Below, one piece after another: positions 9,982 to 19,900 of a DNA stretch of 64,000 bases (its first letter is position 1; each line of letters begins with the position of its first letter). The DNA lies in the NCBI GenBank assembly GCA_963727445.1, contig CAVSGI010000015.1:96001-160000 (forward strand), in the 5' to 3' direction. Source of the DNA: an uncultured delta proteobacterium. GTDB taxonomy: Bacteria > Myxococcota_A > Polyangia > Polyangiales > B10-G4. The notes below the pieces were generated by a model. The model was not told the DNA's origin, searched no databases, and saw only the letters and a program-made list of their open reading frames with translations. A program made the translations under genes and the position numbers.

Positions 9982-11034
9982 ATGCATGCTTCATCTTCGA
10001 TCGCCGCTTCGATCGCCGCCTGCCTCCTCTCCCTGCTCGTCCTGACAGCCTGCGGCGGTGATGACACCGCCCCCGCCGATTCGGGCACCACGGCGGATTC
10101 GAGCGCCATGCCGGATGGAAGCAGCAGCGATTCGAGCGTCGCCACCGACAGCGCACCGCCCGCCGACAGCGGGACCGCGGATGGGTCGACGCCCGGCAGC
10201 AACATCCAGACCGTCTTCATCGTCGTGATGGAGAACCACAACTGGTCGGACATCTCCGGCTCCTCGTCCGCCCCCTACATCAACTCGCTCCTCGACGAGG
10301 GCGCGCACTCCGAGAACTACTTCAACGCACCAGGCGTTCATCCCAGCGAGCCCAACTACATCTGGATGGAGGCGGGCACCGACTTCGGCATCGACGACGA
10401 CGCCAATCCCGACGCGAACCACCAGCCCGCCGACACGCCGCACCTCGTCACCATGCTCGAGGACGCCGGCGTCACGTGGCGCTCCTATCAGGAAGGGATC
10501 ACCGGCGACGACTGTCCGCTCTCGGGCCGCGGCCTCTACGCACCGAAGCACAACCCGATGATCTATTTCGACGACGTCACGGACGGCAACAGCACGACGG
10601 CCACGCGTTGCATCGAGCACGTGCGCCCGTACAGCGAGCTGGCGGACGACCTGGCGGCCGGGACCGCGGCGCAATACAACTTCGTGACGCCCGACCTCTG
10701 CCACGACATGCACAACTCGTCCGGATGCGACTCGTCGGACTCGGTCAAGAACGGCGACGACTGGCTCGCGGCCGAGCTGCCCGCGATGATCGACTATGTG
10801 AACGCGCACGACGGCGTCGTCTTCGTGACCTGGGACGAGAGCGAAGGCGGTGACCACCCGATCGGGATGATCGCTCTCGGCCCCTTCGCCCGCGTGGGCT
10901 TCACGGAGTCGACGACCCACTACACCCACGGCTCGCTCCTGCGCAGCGTGCAGGAGATCTTCGCGGTGACGCCCTACTTGAACGACGCGGCCGACCAGGA
11001 GTCGCTCGCGAACCTCTTCACGGCGTTTCCCTGA
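9982..11034 (+). CDS. Phosphoesterase-family (acid phosphatase / alkaline-phosphatase superfamily) lipoprotein
   Basis: Lipobox LVLTAC; VFIVVMENH, HPSEPNY, YAPKHNP, FVTPDLCHDMH, VTWDE, YTHGSLLR. Confidence 0.9.
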   Translation: MHASSSIAASIAACLLSLLVLTACGGDDTAPADSGTTADSSAMPDGSSSDSSVATDSAPPADSGTADGSTPGSNIQTVFIVVMENHNWSDISGSSSAPYINSLLDEGAHSENYFNAPGVHPSEPNYIWMEAGTDFGIDDDANPDANHQPADTPHLVTMLEDAGVTWRSYQEGITGDDCPLSGRGLYAPKHNPMIYFDDVTDGNSTTATRCIEHVRPYSELADDLAAGTAAQYNFVTPDLCHDMHNSSGCDSSDSVKNGDDWLAAELPAMIDYVNAHDGVVFVTWDESEGGDHPIGMIALGPFARVGFTESTTHYTHGSLLRSVQEIFAVTPYLNDAADQESLANLFTAFP

Positions 11035-11052
11035 GGGGGGGCTGGCGCGGCT

Positions 11053-11871
11053 TCAACGGCAACCGCCGTAGGTGGTGGAGCCGACGGTCGCAGTAGGTGT
11101 GCACGTGGTTCCACCCGCGCAATCGCCGGCCCCGACGACACAGTAGGGCACGCAGAGCCCGGACACGCAGGTCAAACCAGCAACGCATTGGCGAGCGGAG
11201 GTGCAGGCAGTGCCTGTGGTTCGCGTGCCGGTGGCAATACAGAACGTCGCCTGGACCGATGCGCCATCCTCCCATCGAGTCTCCGAGATGAGCCGGCACG
11301 CCAGGTCGGGGCTCGGGCAGGACATCGGATCCCTGGGGTCACATGGGTGAGTGCAGACGCCCGTCTGGCTGACGACTGCCGCTCTGACACAACTGCCCGA
11401 TGGGCAGTCTGAGTCCGTCGAGCACCACGGAACGCAAAGGCCGCCGAGCGTCCGCGAGGACCAGAAGCAGGTCAGCGATGCGGCGCACTGCTCCTCGTCG
11501 GTGCACAAGGCGTCAGCGGGGAGTGGCCCAGGCGCGGTGCAGTGGATGCCGAGGGCAGCGGTGTACTGGCACACCTCTCCCGCAGGACAGCCGCACTGAG
11601 GAGGGAGAAGCCGGCACGGGTCGAGGTCACACGAAGCCGCGTCGGCGGGCGACGTGTCGTCGCTCATCGCATCGACCACGATCGCGTCACCGGCGCTCTC
11701 ATCCGGAACGAAGAGCGTGTCGGTCGATGGCGCGTCCATCCGCATCGCCGAATCGAGCGTCGCATCGACCGTGTCTGCATCGGGCGACGGAATGGCTCCG
11801 TCCCGCCGCTCGTGCGGGTCCGCCTCGAGTACGAGCCCACATCCGGCGCAAGCGGAGAGCGCCGCACTCAC
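11053..11871 (-). CDS. Cys-rich surface lipoprotein, paralogue of 7013..7804; signal peptide possibly interrupted by TAG at 11899-11901
   Basis: PCRLLPPQCGCPAGEVC and C-terminal VGSTTYGGC mirror the 7013..7804 protein. Confidence 0.75.
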   Translation of the reverse strand: MSAALSACAGCGLVLEADPHERRDGAIPSPDADTVDATLDSAMRMDAPSTDTLFVPDESAGDAIVVDAMSDDTSPADAASCDLDPCRLLPPQCGCPAGEVCQYTAALGIHCTAPGPLPADALCTDEEQCAASLTCFWSSRTLGGLCVPWCSTDSDCPSGSCVRAAVVSQTGVCTHPCDPRDPMSCPSPDLACRLISETRWEDGASVQATFCIATGTRTTGTACTSARQCVAGLTCVSGLCVPYCVVGAGDCAGGTTCTPTATVGSTTYGGCR

Positions 11872-11953
11872 GATCAGAAGAACAGGGATGACACCAATCT
11901 ACCTCGGGGGAACGTGCGTGCTCAACGGCCCTGGATCTTCCGCCGGCGCCTCG

Positions 11954-12472
11954 CTACTCGATCACCTGGATGCCGAACTCCTCGCGCAGCTCGTCGAGGG
12001 GCCGGTCCATGTACTGCTCGTGATCGCGGAAGGGCCACTTGTGGGTCATGTGTGTGGCGCGCCAGAACGCCTTGGGCGTCGAGGTGGTGGTCTCGGCCAG
12101 CGCCTCCATCATCTGCTCGAAGGTCATGTCTCTGAACATGCTCTGGGTGCCGATGAAATCGAGGTACTTCTTGTAGGTCTTCAAGGTGACGGTGGACCCA
12201 AATATCGACCAGGTGTCCACCAACGCCTCGCCGTGGATCGACGTGTCGCAGCCGAAGAGCACGTGGCAGGTGTCGTGGAAGGTGAAGAGCTCTGCCATCT
12301 CTTCCGAAAGCTGGTCGGCGGTGAAGAGCCCATCGATGGACGCGTAATACTCCTCGAGCCCCTCGCGCAACGTCATCGTGGCCTTCGGGCTCATGTACGC
12401 GAGGTGACGGTGGGGATGAACCTTGGCGGGCGCGTCTTCGTCTTTGTGCCCGTGCTCTTCTTCGGTCGACAT
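11954..12472 (-). CDS. Coq4-like protein
   Basis: HDTCHVLFGCDTSIHGE fits the Coq4 HDxxH-x11-E motif; C-terminal DRPLDELREEFGI; GGAGG before ATG 12472. Confidence 0.7.
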   Translation of the reverse strand: MSTEEEHGHKDEDAPAKVHPHRHLAYMSPKATMTLREGLEEYYASIDGLFTADQLSEEMAELFTFHDTCHVLFGCDTSIHGEALVDTWSIFGSTVTLKTYKKYLDFIGTQSMFRDMTFEQMMEALAETTTSTPKAFWRATHMTHKWPFRDHEQYMDRPLDELREEFGIQVIE

Positions 12473-12735
12473 CGGCACCTCCGTGGCTGTGCCGATGCAG
12501 CCACGGCGTAGCGAAGCCCGTCAACCATCCGTGGGTAGGGGTGCACTTTCGTCCTCATCCCGCACGAGAAGTCGTCCGCGGGGCGGGTCGCCGCGCATCG
12601 ACGACCCACCCCGCGCACGTGCACGGTTGGAGAAATAATGGGTTGGGGTGTCTAGAGACTGTCGAATCAATGTCGTATCTCTGACAATGATCGTTCTAGG
12701 ACCGACCGCGCCCTCGTCAATGGGTCTCTACGAGC

Positions 12736-14052
12736 TCAGAGAAGCACGATGTCTTCGACGTCGAGCGCTTCCTGGGCGACGACGCTCTTCGTCTCGTCGT
12801 CGCGGGTCGTGGCCAGGTCGTAGAGCTCGCTCAGGAGCGAGGGATATTCCTTGATCGCCTCTTGGAACTTCTCGCGGCTGAGCTCGAGGGCCACCGTGTG
12901 GTGGGCGGCGGTGACGTCGGCGGTGGCGGGACGGCGGAGCACCAGGCTGATCTCGCCCACGACGTCGCCGGGGCCGAGGTCGACGATCTGGATGCGGTCG
13001 CCCTCGGCGTCGCGGCTGCTCACGGTGACGGTTCCGCTCGCGATGAGAAAGAGGCCGCCCGTCTCCTCGCCCTGCGTCACCAGGCGGTCGCCGGTCGTGA
13101 AGGTGCGGGTCTCGAAGCGATCCATGAGCGCCTGACGGTCGGCGGGATCGACCGAGGCGAGGATGCGGCTGTGACGTACGAGGTTCGCGACCATTCGCGC
13201 CTGACAGAAGCCGCCGAGCTCCTTGCCCAGGTTCGCGTCGCGCTCGGCGAGCTTCTCCAGGGTGTCGCGGGGAAATCGCAGGAGGCGTGTCGCCTCGAGC
13301 GCGCGCACCGAGGCCGCGCGCGGGGCGTCGCTCACCAGCGCCATCTCCCCGAAGAGCGCGCCCGGCCCGAGCGCCGCGAGGCGGACCTCGTCGTCGCCGA
13401 CGATGCGGACCGCTTCGGTCATGCCGCGCACCAACAAGAACGCCGCCTTGCCTTCGGTGCCCTGCTCGATGATGGCTTCGCCTTCGGCGGCGTCGCACAC
13501 CGACGCCGCTTCGAGGAGCCGCGCGAGGGTGCTCGAGGCGAGCGCGGACGAGAGGGGGAGCAGCGGAACCTTGGTGTCGGCGGGGACTGGATCGTCGGTC
13601 TTCAGCCAGGCGCTCAGGGCCTCGTCCGCCCGAGAGAGGAGCGCGTCGCCTTTCAGCTTCGCCAGCGCGGCGTCGACCTCGAGCTCCTGGGGAAGCGGCG
13701 GCGGCGCAGGGCTGGCTTCGGGTGACGCGCGCTTGGAGCCCTTGGCGAAAGCTTTGGCGATGGTGGCGCGAAGCGGATCGCCCTTCTCGCCAGCATCGAC
13801 CGCCAGACAGACAGCCACGGTGGCGCCGCCCATGTCGCCACGCCGCGTGTACGCATCGACGAGACGCTTCAGCGCCTTCACGGCGACGTCCTTGCGATCC
13901 TTCGAGGAGAGGATCTCGGCGAGGAGGGTGACCGCACCGAGATCGCCCGTCTTGTCGAGGGTCACGATCGCCAGGCGAAGCGCGTCATCGGCTTCGCCCG
14001 CGATGTGATGCGCGTACGCCCGGTCGAGGGGCGTTATCACTGAGCCGGCCAT
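12736..14052 (-). CDS. Protein with two cyclic-nucleotide-binding domains and a helical N-terminus
   Basis: FGEMALVSDAPRAASV and VGEISLVLRRPATADV phosphate-binding cassettes. Confidence 0.9.
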   Translation of the reverse strand: MAGSVITPLDRAYAHHIAGEADDALRLAIVTLDKTGDLGAVTLLAEILSSKDRKDVAVKALKRLVDAYTRRGDMGGATVAVCLAVDAGEKGDPLRATIAKAFAKGSKRASPEASPAPPPLPQELEVDAALAKLKGDALLSRADEALSAWLKTDDPVPADTKVPLLPLSSALASSTLARLLEAASVCDAAEGEAIIEQGTEGKAAFLLVRGMTEAVRIVGDDEVRLAALGPGALFGEMALVSDAPRAASVRALEATRLLRFPRDTLEKLAERDANLGKELGGFCQARMVANLVRHSRILASVDPADRQALMDRFETRTFTTGDRLVTQGEETGGLFLIASGTVTVSSRDAEGDRIQIVDLGPGDVVGEISLVLRRPATADVTAAHHTVALELSREKFQEAIKEYPSLLSELYDLATTRDDETKSVVAQEALDVEDIVLL

Positions 14053-14100
14053 GGGGGAGGGAGGGTAGCGCGGTTTGGGGTCGCAGGGCGGGTGGCCGGA

Positions 14101-14400
14101 AAGGTTATTTAACGGTCAGGGGGCTGCGCCCCCCCGACACCCCCCGAGGGGGAGGGTCCCCCTCGTCGCCTCGCGCTTCGCGCTCGGCTCTCACGTCTGC
14201 CCGGTCCCTGTGGTTGAGATTGACCCAGACGGTCGAGCTCTGAAATCCCCGGGACCTCTGCGGGCAGCGTTCGCACCCCCTCGCGGGCGCTTCGCGCCCG
14301 GGTCGCGTTGCTTCGCAACGCTCCACTCCGTCCAGGCAACCAGGGCAGGAGCGGAGCGGCCGCTTGGCGCGGCCTTCGTGGTCGTTGCACTCCCCGGTGT
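14101..14400 (-). repeat. Intergenic multi-hairpin (REP-like) element
   Basis: Plus-strand inverted repeats GGGGGC-TGC-GCCCCC (14119-14133), GCGC-TTC-GCGC (14173-14183), CGGGCGC-TTC-GCGCCCG (14284-14300), GCGTTGC-TTC-GCAACGC (14305-14321). Confidence 0.6.
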
Positions 14401-14450
14401 CGTGAAGCCTTGTGTGCGTCGGGCGTTTGCGACTTTGTCGCTAACGGCCG

Positions 14451-15860
14451 CTATGGCCCCATCATCATCATCGCGGCGGTGCCGACGATGGTGGCGGGGG
14501 CGGCGGTGAAGGGGAAGGCGGCCGAGAGGCCGTCGCGGATGTGCGGGTCGAGGAGGCAGTCGCGGCCCTCGATGCGGGTTCCGTCGCCGTCGATGCAGGC
14601 GGTCACGACGGGCTGGCAGCCAGCCCCGCGGGTCACCTCGAAGGCCTCGAGGCCGTCACCATCGAGGTCGACGTCCGGCGGGGTGGGAGGCAGCACCACG
14701 GCGCCGCCGACGATCAGGTCGGCGAAGCTCGGCGGTGCGTCCCCTTCACAGGCGGGCATGCCGCCGACGATGGGGATGCCGTCGGGGACCGGGAAGGCCG
14801 CGAGCAGGTCGAGGGGGACCGCGCCGCAGAGCAGACCGTCGTCGATGTTGCTGAGCTGGCCGCCCGTCTCGCGCGTGGTGCCGGCGAGGCGACTCTGGCG
14901 GATCTCCAGCGGAAGGATGAAGACCGGGATCGTGATGTCCTCGGGCCCGGCGGCGTACATGCGCATGTCGATCGAGCCCTCGAAGGTGACGGTGGGGTTG
15001 CCGTCCATGTCGAAGAAGGACTCGTCGGCCAGATACTCGCCGGGGGTGCTCGTCTCCATGCCGGGGAGCCAGGCCGCCGTCACGTCCGGGTCGTCGATGC
15101 CGTGGATGTCGTCGAGGCCCCGCATGTTGAGCAGGACCGTGAGGTTGTCCGCGAGGTTGCCCCCGCCGCCGCCCACGGCGCCCAGCACCGCGCCGATGCC
15201 CTCTCCGAACTTGTTGTCCGGCACGCCGTCGCCGCTGTAGTCGCAGCCGACGCCCATGCCAGCCACCATCAGGCTGTCGATCACCATGCTGATCTCGATG
15301 TGACAGTCCGCGGCGCAGCCGTCCCAGGGGTCGGTGTTGCCGTCGTCGCACTGCTCGCCCGCCGCGGTGTCGAGGACGCCGTCCCCGCAACCTTCGAGGA
15401 CGCGGCAATCGGCGGAGCAGCCGTCGCCGTCCATGGTGTTGCCGTCGTCACAGACCTCGCCGGCGGGGATGTCGCGGATGCCGTTGCCGCAGGTCTCGTC
15501 GGACGCGCAGTCGGAGCGGCAACCGTCGCCGGAGGCGTTGTTGCCGTCGTCGCAGACCTCGCCCGGGTCGAGGGCGTTGTCGCCGCAGCGGGCCTCACGG
15601 AAGCACATGGAGTCGCAGCCATCGCCGTCCATCGTGTTGCCGTCGTCGCAGGACTCGCCCGGGCTCAGGCGACCGTCGCCGCAGACGATCGGAACGCTCG
15701 TGTCGGGAGGGGTCGCGTCGCCAGCGTCCGCGTCCCCACCATCGGGCGTATCGGCATCGAAGGAGATGCCGCTGTCGTCGTCGGTGGAATGAGATTCGCC
15801 GCACGCGGCGAGTGAGAACAACAGCGCGATCGCCAGCGCCGAAAAGCCAAGTCGAGTCAT
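14451..15860 (-). CDS. DUF4215 / Myxococcus cysteine-rich repeat lipoprotein
   Basis: Lipobox SLAAC; four CG(D/N)x..E.CDDGN...DGC...C repeats; C-terminal domain with DLDGDG. Confidence 0.9.
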   Translation of the reverse strand: MTRLGFSALAIALLFSLAACGESHSTDDDSGISFDADTPDGGDADAGDATPPDTSVPIVCGDGRLSPGESCDDGNTMDGDGCDSMCFREARCGDNALDPGEVCDDGNNASGDGCRSDCASDETCGNGIRDIPAGEVCDDGNTMDGDGCSADCRVLEGCGDGVLDTAAGEQCDDGNTDPWDGCAADCHIEISMVIDSLMVAGMGVGCDYSGDGVPDNKFGEGIGAVLGAVGGGGGNLADNLTVLLNMRGLDDIHGIDDPDVTAAWLPGMETSTPGEYLADESFFDMDGNPTVTFEGSIDMRMYAAGPEDITIPVFILPLEIRQSRLAGTTRETGGQLSNIDDGLLCGAVPLDLLAAFPVPDGIPIVGGMPACEGDAPPSFADLIVGGAVVLPPTPPDVDLDGDGLEAFEVTRGAGCQPVVTACIDGDGTRIEGRDCLLDPHIRDGLSAAFPFTAAPATIVGTAAMMMMGP

Positions 15861-16089
15861 CCCTACACCTCCCGCCACACCGTCCAACCCCCAGACCGCG
15901 CGGTGCGTCACTGTACCCGTTTTGCCCACCTGCGCCACAGGGCCGGCGGGATCCTCCCATCGACCCTCCATATCGTGTGAGTGATCGCTCTGTGAGCACG
16001 TTCAGCCACCCTCCGCTCGCCCAACACCAGAGGGGGCCTGAGCCGGGTGGCCAACGCACCATCACGTCTGGTGGTGGCGGTGAGTTCCG

Positions 16090-16827
16090 TCAGTCGCTGA
16101 GGCGGGCCAGGGCGGTGCGGGCGCGCCTCAGCTCCTCGTGGAGCGTCAGGGATTTCGCGACGTCAGCGCTGGCGTTTCGACGGAGGAAGGCGCGCAGGAA
16201 GGTGGCGGCCCGGCCCTGATCTCCGAGCTTGTCGGCGATCATCCCGAGCAGATACTCGCCGTAGCCCTCCCGGCTCTCGCTCGACTCGAGGTCGTCGATG
16301 ATCTCCTCGAGCCCTTCTGGCGCGCCGCCGCTGTCGAGCTCGATGTAGGCCGCATGGGCGACGATGAGGGGCCGGTCCTTCTGGGCCCAACGCTCGGCGC
16401 GGCTCAGGGTGGAGAGCGCGTCCTCCACGTGGCCGGCGAAGTGCTGCAGGGTGGCCAGAGACCAGAGGTGGAAAGAGCGGCGCGAGGCCGGGGCTCGGCG
16501 CCCCGCCAGGCGCTGGTGGTGGATGGCGTCCTCTTCCCGGTCCAGGACCGAGAGCACCCGCGAAAGGTCGTGATGGGCGATATCCGACATCGGCCCGATC
16601 GAGGTCATCTGCCGGGCGACCTTCTCGGCCGCGCCGAAATTCCGCTCCTCGAGGTGCGCGAGATAGAGCTGCCGGAGCAGCAGAACCCGGGTATCAGGTT
16701 CGATGAAGTCGGGCTCGAGGGCGAGCCCGGCCTGCGCGTAGCGGGCGCGCCCCGCCGCGGAATCGGCCGAAAGAGCACGGGAGAGGTAGTCCTCCGGCAG
16801 CTCCCGTGGCTTGGATAGGTCGCTCAC
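16090..16827 (-). CDS. TPR-like helical repeat protein
   Basis: Helical repeats such as SLATLQHFAGHVEDALSTLSRA and YLLGMIADKLGDQGRAATFLRAFL. Start is approximate. Confidence 0.7.
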   Translation of the reverse strand: MSDLSKPRELPEDYLSRALSADSAAGRARYAQAGLALEPDFIEPDTRVLLLRQLYLAHLEERNFGAAEKVARQMTSIGPMSDIAHHDLSRVLSVLDREEDAIHHQRLAGRRAPASRRSFHLWSLATLQHFAGHVEDALSTLSRAERWAQKDRPLIVAHAAYIELDSGGAPEGLEEIIDDLESSESREGYGEYLLGMIADKLGDQGRAATFLRAFLRRNASADVAKSLTLHEELRRARTALARLSD

Positions 16828-16858
16828 GTGCGACACCCCTCGCTCCCTGCTTGATACG

Positions 16859-16968
16859 CTTTCCACAGTTGTAGCACAGCGCACGATCGGCGAGGAGCTC
16901 GTTTGATTCCCCGGAGATAGAACGATCTATCCACAGTTTTTCCAGCGCGTTCGGCGGACTGTGGATAT
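16859..16968. promoter_or_regulatory. Cluster of DnaA-box-like 9-mers
   Basis: CTTTCCACA (16859-67), CTATCCACA (16927-35) and inverted TGTGGATAT (16960-68), each one mismatch from TTWTNCACA; weaker copies at 16870 and 16938; locally AT-richer. Confidence 0.5.
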
Positions 16969-16986
16969 CGATCCTTCCGGTGGGGC

Positions 16987-19900
16987 TCAAAGGGCATCAC
17001 GAATGGCCTTCACGACGGGGGTCTGAAGGTATCGCTCTCGAATGCGGGGCGATCGGATCTGGGAGAGCCGAAGCTCCACCACCTTGTAGGCATCGGCGTA
17101 GGCGGAGCGCGCGTCGCTCTCGATGGAGAGCGCCTCGAAGGTGCGGGCGATCGCCAGATGAACCCGCTCTCCCCGCTCGATCGGGCCGCGGGCGAGGGCG
17201 CTCTTGCGGGCCACCTCGACGGCTGCTTTGGCCTCCTCGTCCTTGCCGCGAATGGCGAGGATCTCCGCCAGCCGGGCCTGGGCGAGGAGCTGGTAGAGCA
17301 GGATGTTCGCCGAGCGGGAGATCTCCACCGCCTCCCGCGCCGCCTCCTCCGCTTGCTCGAGCCGATCCGTCGCCACTTCGAGCGCAGCACGAACGATACG
17401 CTCCCTCGCCTGGTCGTAACGGTCCCCCGTGCGCTCGGCGATCCGGCGCGCGTGGTCCAGCTTCTCCGCCGCCTGGTCGGCGTCCCCCAGCACCTCGAGC
17501 ACCAGCTCGGCGGTCGCCGCGAGGGCATCCGCGCGAGCGCTGTCGTCGTGAATCACGGACAGCACCTGGTCCGCCCGCTCCAGAAAGGCGAGGGCGATCT
17601 CCACCTCGCCCAGCTCGGCGTTCAGCTGGCCGACATTGGAGAGCTTGCGCCCGAGATGCATGCGATCGCCGATCTCTCGATCCACGCCGATGGAGGCGCG
17701 TATCACGACTGCTGCATCTTCGAACTCGCCCTGGCTGGCGAGCGCAATGCCCAGACCGTTCAAAGCGAGGGATTCGTTCCGGCGGATCGCGAGGCGCCGG
17801 AAGATCACGATGGCCTCCGCGTTGGTCTCGATGGCCTGGTGAACGCGGCCCATGCGGCGAAGGACCTCGGCTTTCTGTACCAACACCGAGCCGCGCGCGG
17901 CGAGGAACGCCCGGTCGAGGCCGCAGCGGGCGAGGGCCTCGTCACAGTGCTCGAGGGCCTTCTGGGCGTCGCCGTTCTCGCGGGCGAGGAGCGCCGAGAG
18001 CCGCAGCGCTTCCACCTCACCCCCCTTGTCATCCGCCGTTCTCGAGGATCGCAGCGCCTCCTCGAGGTACTCCGCCACCCCCAGGGTGCGGGCGTGGTCG
18101 AGCTCGAAGCGCGCGCTCCGGTTCATGGCCATCGCCATCATCGCCGGGTCGTCCCCGCGCTTGGCGCACTCGCGCATCTCCTCGAGCTCGAGCTGCTGCT
18201 CCCGGGGGCTGCCCATCCCCCGGAGGATCTGCTCGCGGGCCTCGTGGGCGTAGAAGCGGCCGGGGGCGTCCGGCGGCAACAGGCTCAGGGCCCGCGCGAA
18301 GAAGCGGAGCGCCTCCCGGTTCGAGTAGACCGCCCGGGCCCGGGCCGCCGCCTGGAGGTAGGCGTCCGCGGCCGCGGCGAGGTCCCCGGCGCGCTCGAGG
18401 TGGCGGGCGACGCGGGCGGGCGGGGCCGGCACCCGCTGCTTCGAGAGCCAGGTGCCGATCTGCGCATGCATCGCCTCGCGGTCGGACTCGTCTGTGGTCT
18501 CGTAGGCCACGTGGCGCACCACGGCCGAGGGGAAGTTGTAGGTGTTGCCTTGGCCGCGAGAGACGAATCCCCGCGATTCGAGCACGGACAGGGCCTCCGA
18601 GAGATCGGCACCCGCCATCTCGGAGAGCGCATCGGATCCGATACCCGCGCCCGCAGCCGCCAACCAGCGAATGGCTCGCCGCTCGTTCTCGGGGAGCTCG
18701 TCGAGGCGCGCCGCGATCACGCCCTCCAGCGTCGTCGGCAGGCTGATCGGCACCCCGGGCTTGCGCACCACCCGCCGTTCGCTCCCCTCCCCTTCGATGT
18801 GCACGACGCCCCGATCCACCAGCGCCTCGACCAGCTCGATGATGAAGAAGGGGTTGCCGCCCGCGCGCTCGACTATCGCCTGTGACACCTCCCCGGGAAC
18901 CTGGGCGCCGTCGAAGCGGCCCTTGATCAGACGGCGCCGCTCGGCATCCGGCAACTCGCCGACCTCGATGTGCGGGAGCCCGGAGAGCACGCCCTTGGTG
19001 CGCGGATCGGTGCGGCTCGAGAAGACCGCCAGGAGCGGCACCTCGTCGTTGGAGGAAGAGAGGGCTCCGAAGAGCTCGAGGCTGGGCGCGTCTGCCCATT
19101 GCAGGGCATCGACCCAGATCACCAGCGGCTGGCGGGCGGCCAGGACCCCGATGAGGATCCGCGCGGCCTTGCGGATGTGACCGGGCCGCTCGGCCGCGTC
19201 CACACCCCCACCGAGCTCGGGTACCAGAAGGTCGCAGAGCCCTTTGACGAGCCGCTGTCGCTTCTCCTCGTCCGGAAGCTGCTCCGCCCACGCCGTGATC
19301 TCCTGGCGTACTTGCTCCGGCGGCGTTTCTTCTTCGATACCCATCGCCTCCCGCACCAGCTCGGCGGTGGTGGCGAAGGGGACGTCGCTGGTGCCGAAAG
19401 CGCACTCCGCGTGGAGCACGCGCGGGCGCGGCTCGAGGGAGTCCACCGCCGCCGAGACCAGCGCCGTCTTGCCGACCCCCAGGTCACCCGTGATGGCGAG
19501 AAAGACCGAGCGGCGTTCGCTTGTCCCTTCACGATAGGCCTCCCGGAAGGCGCCCAGCTCCTCTTCGCGCCCCACCAGCCCGGCCCCGGCGCCGATGCTC
19601 CGGGCGTCAGCGACGCGCTCCTCGCGGCTTCGCGCGCCGAGGAGACGATGCGCCCGGAGGAAAGAGCCGGTGCCGGTCCCCTGGGTGTCGACCTCGACCT
19701 CCCCCGCCTTTTCGAAGCTGAAGGCCCGGCGCACCAGACGAAAGACCTCGCCAGCGACCAGAACCTCTCCCGCCTCCCCCTCGTCGGCCAGGCGCTCGGC
19801 CACCGTGAGGACGCTCCCGATCGCTTCGTAGCGAACGAGGCGGCCATTGGGATCACGAACGGTGCTCACGATGCCGCGCGAGATCCCGAGCGAGGCGCTC

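Noticed and set aside
11053..11600. Diversity-generating retroelement target, suggested by atypical codons
   Set aside because: No reverse transcriptase and no near-identical template repeat differing at adenines was seen in the window.
14101..14120. dif-like half site (ATTTAAC)
   Set aside because: Only 7 nt match the XerD arm; no XerC arm or correct spacer.
15290..15690. Regularly spaced DNA repeats (TTGCCGTCGTC) resembling an array
   Set aside because: They encode the CDDGN repeats of the DUF4215 protein; not a CRISPR array, and no cas genes are present.
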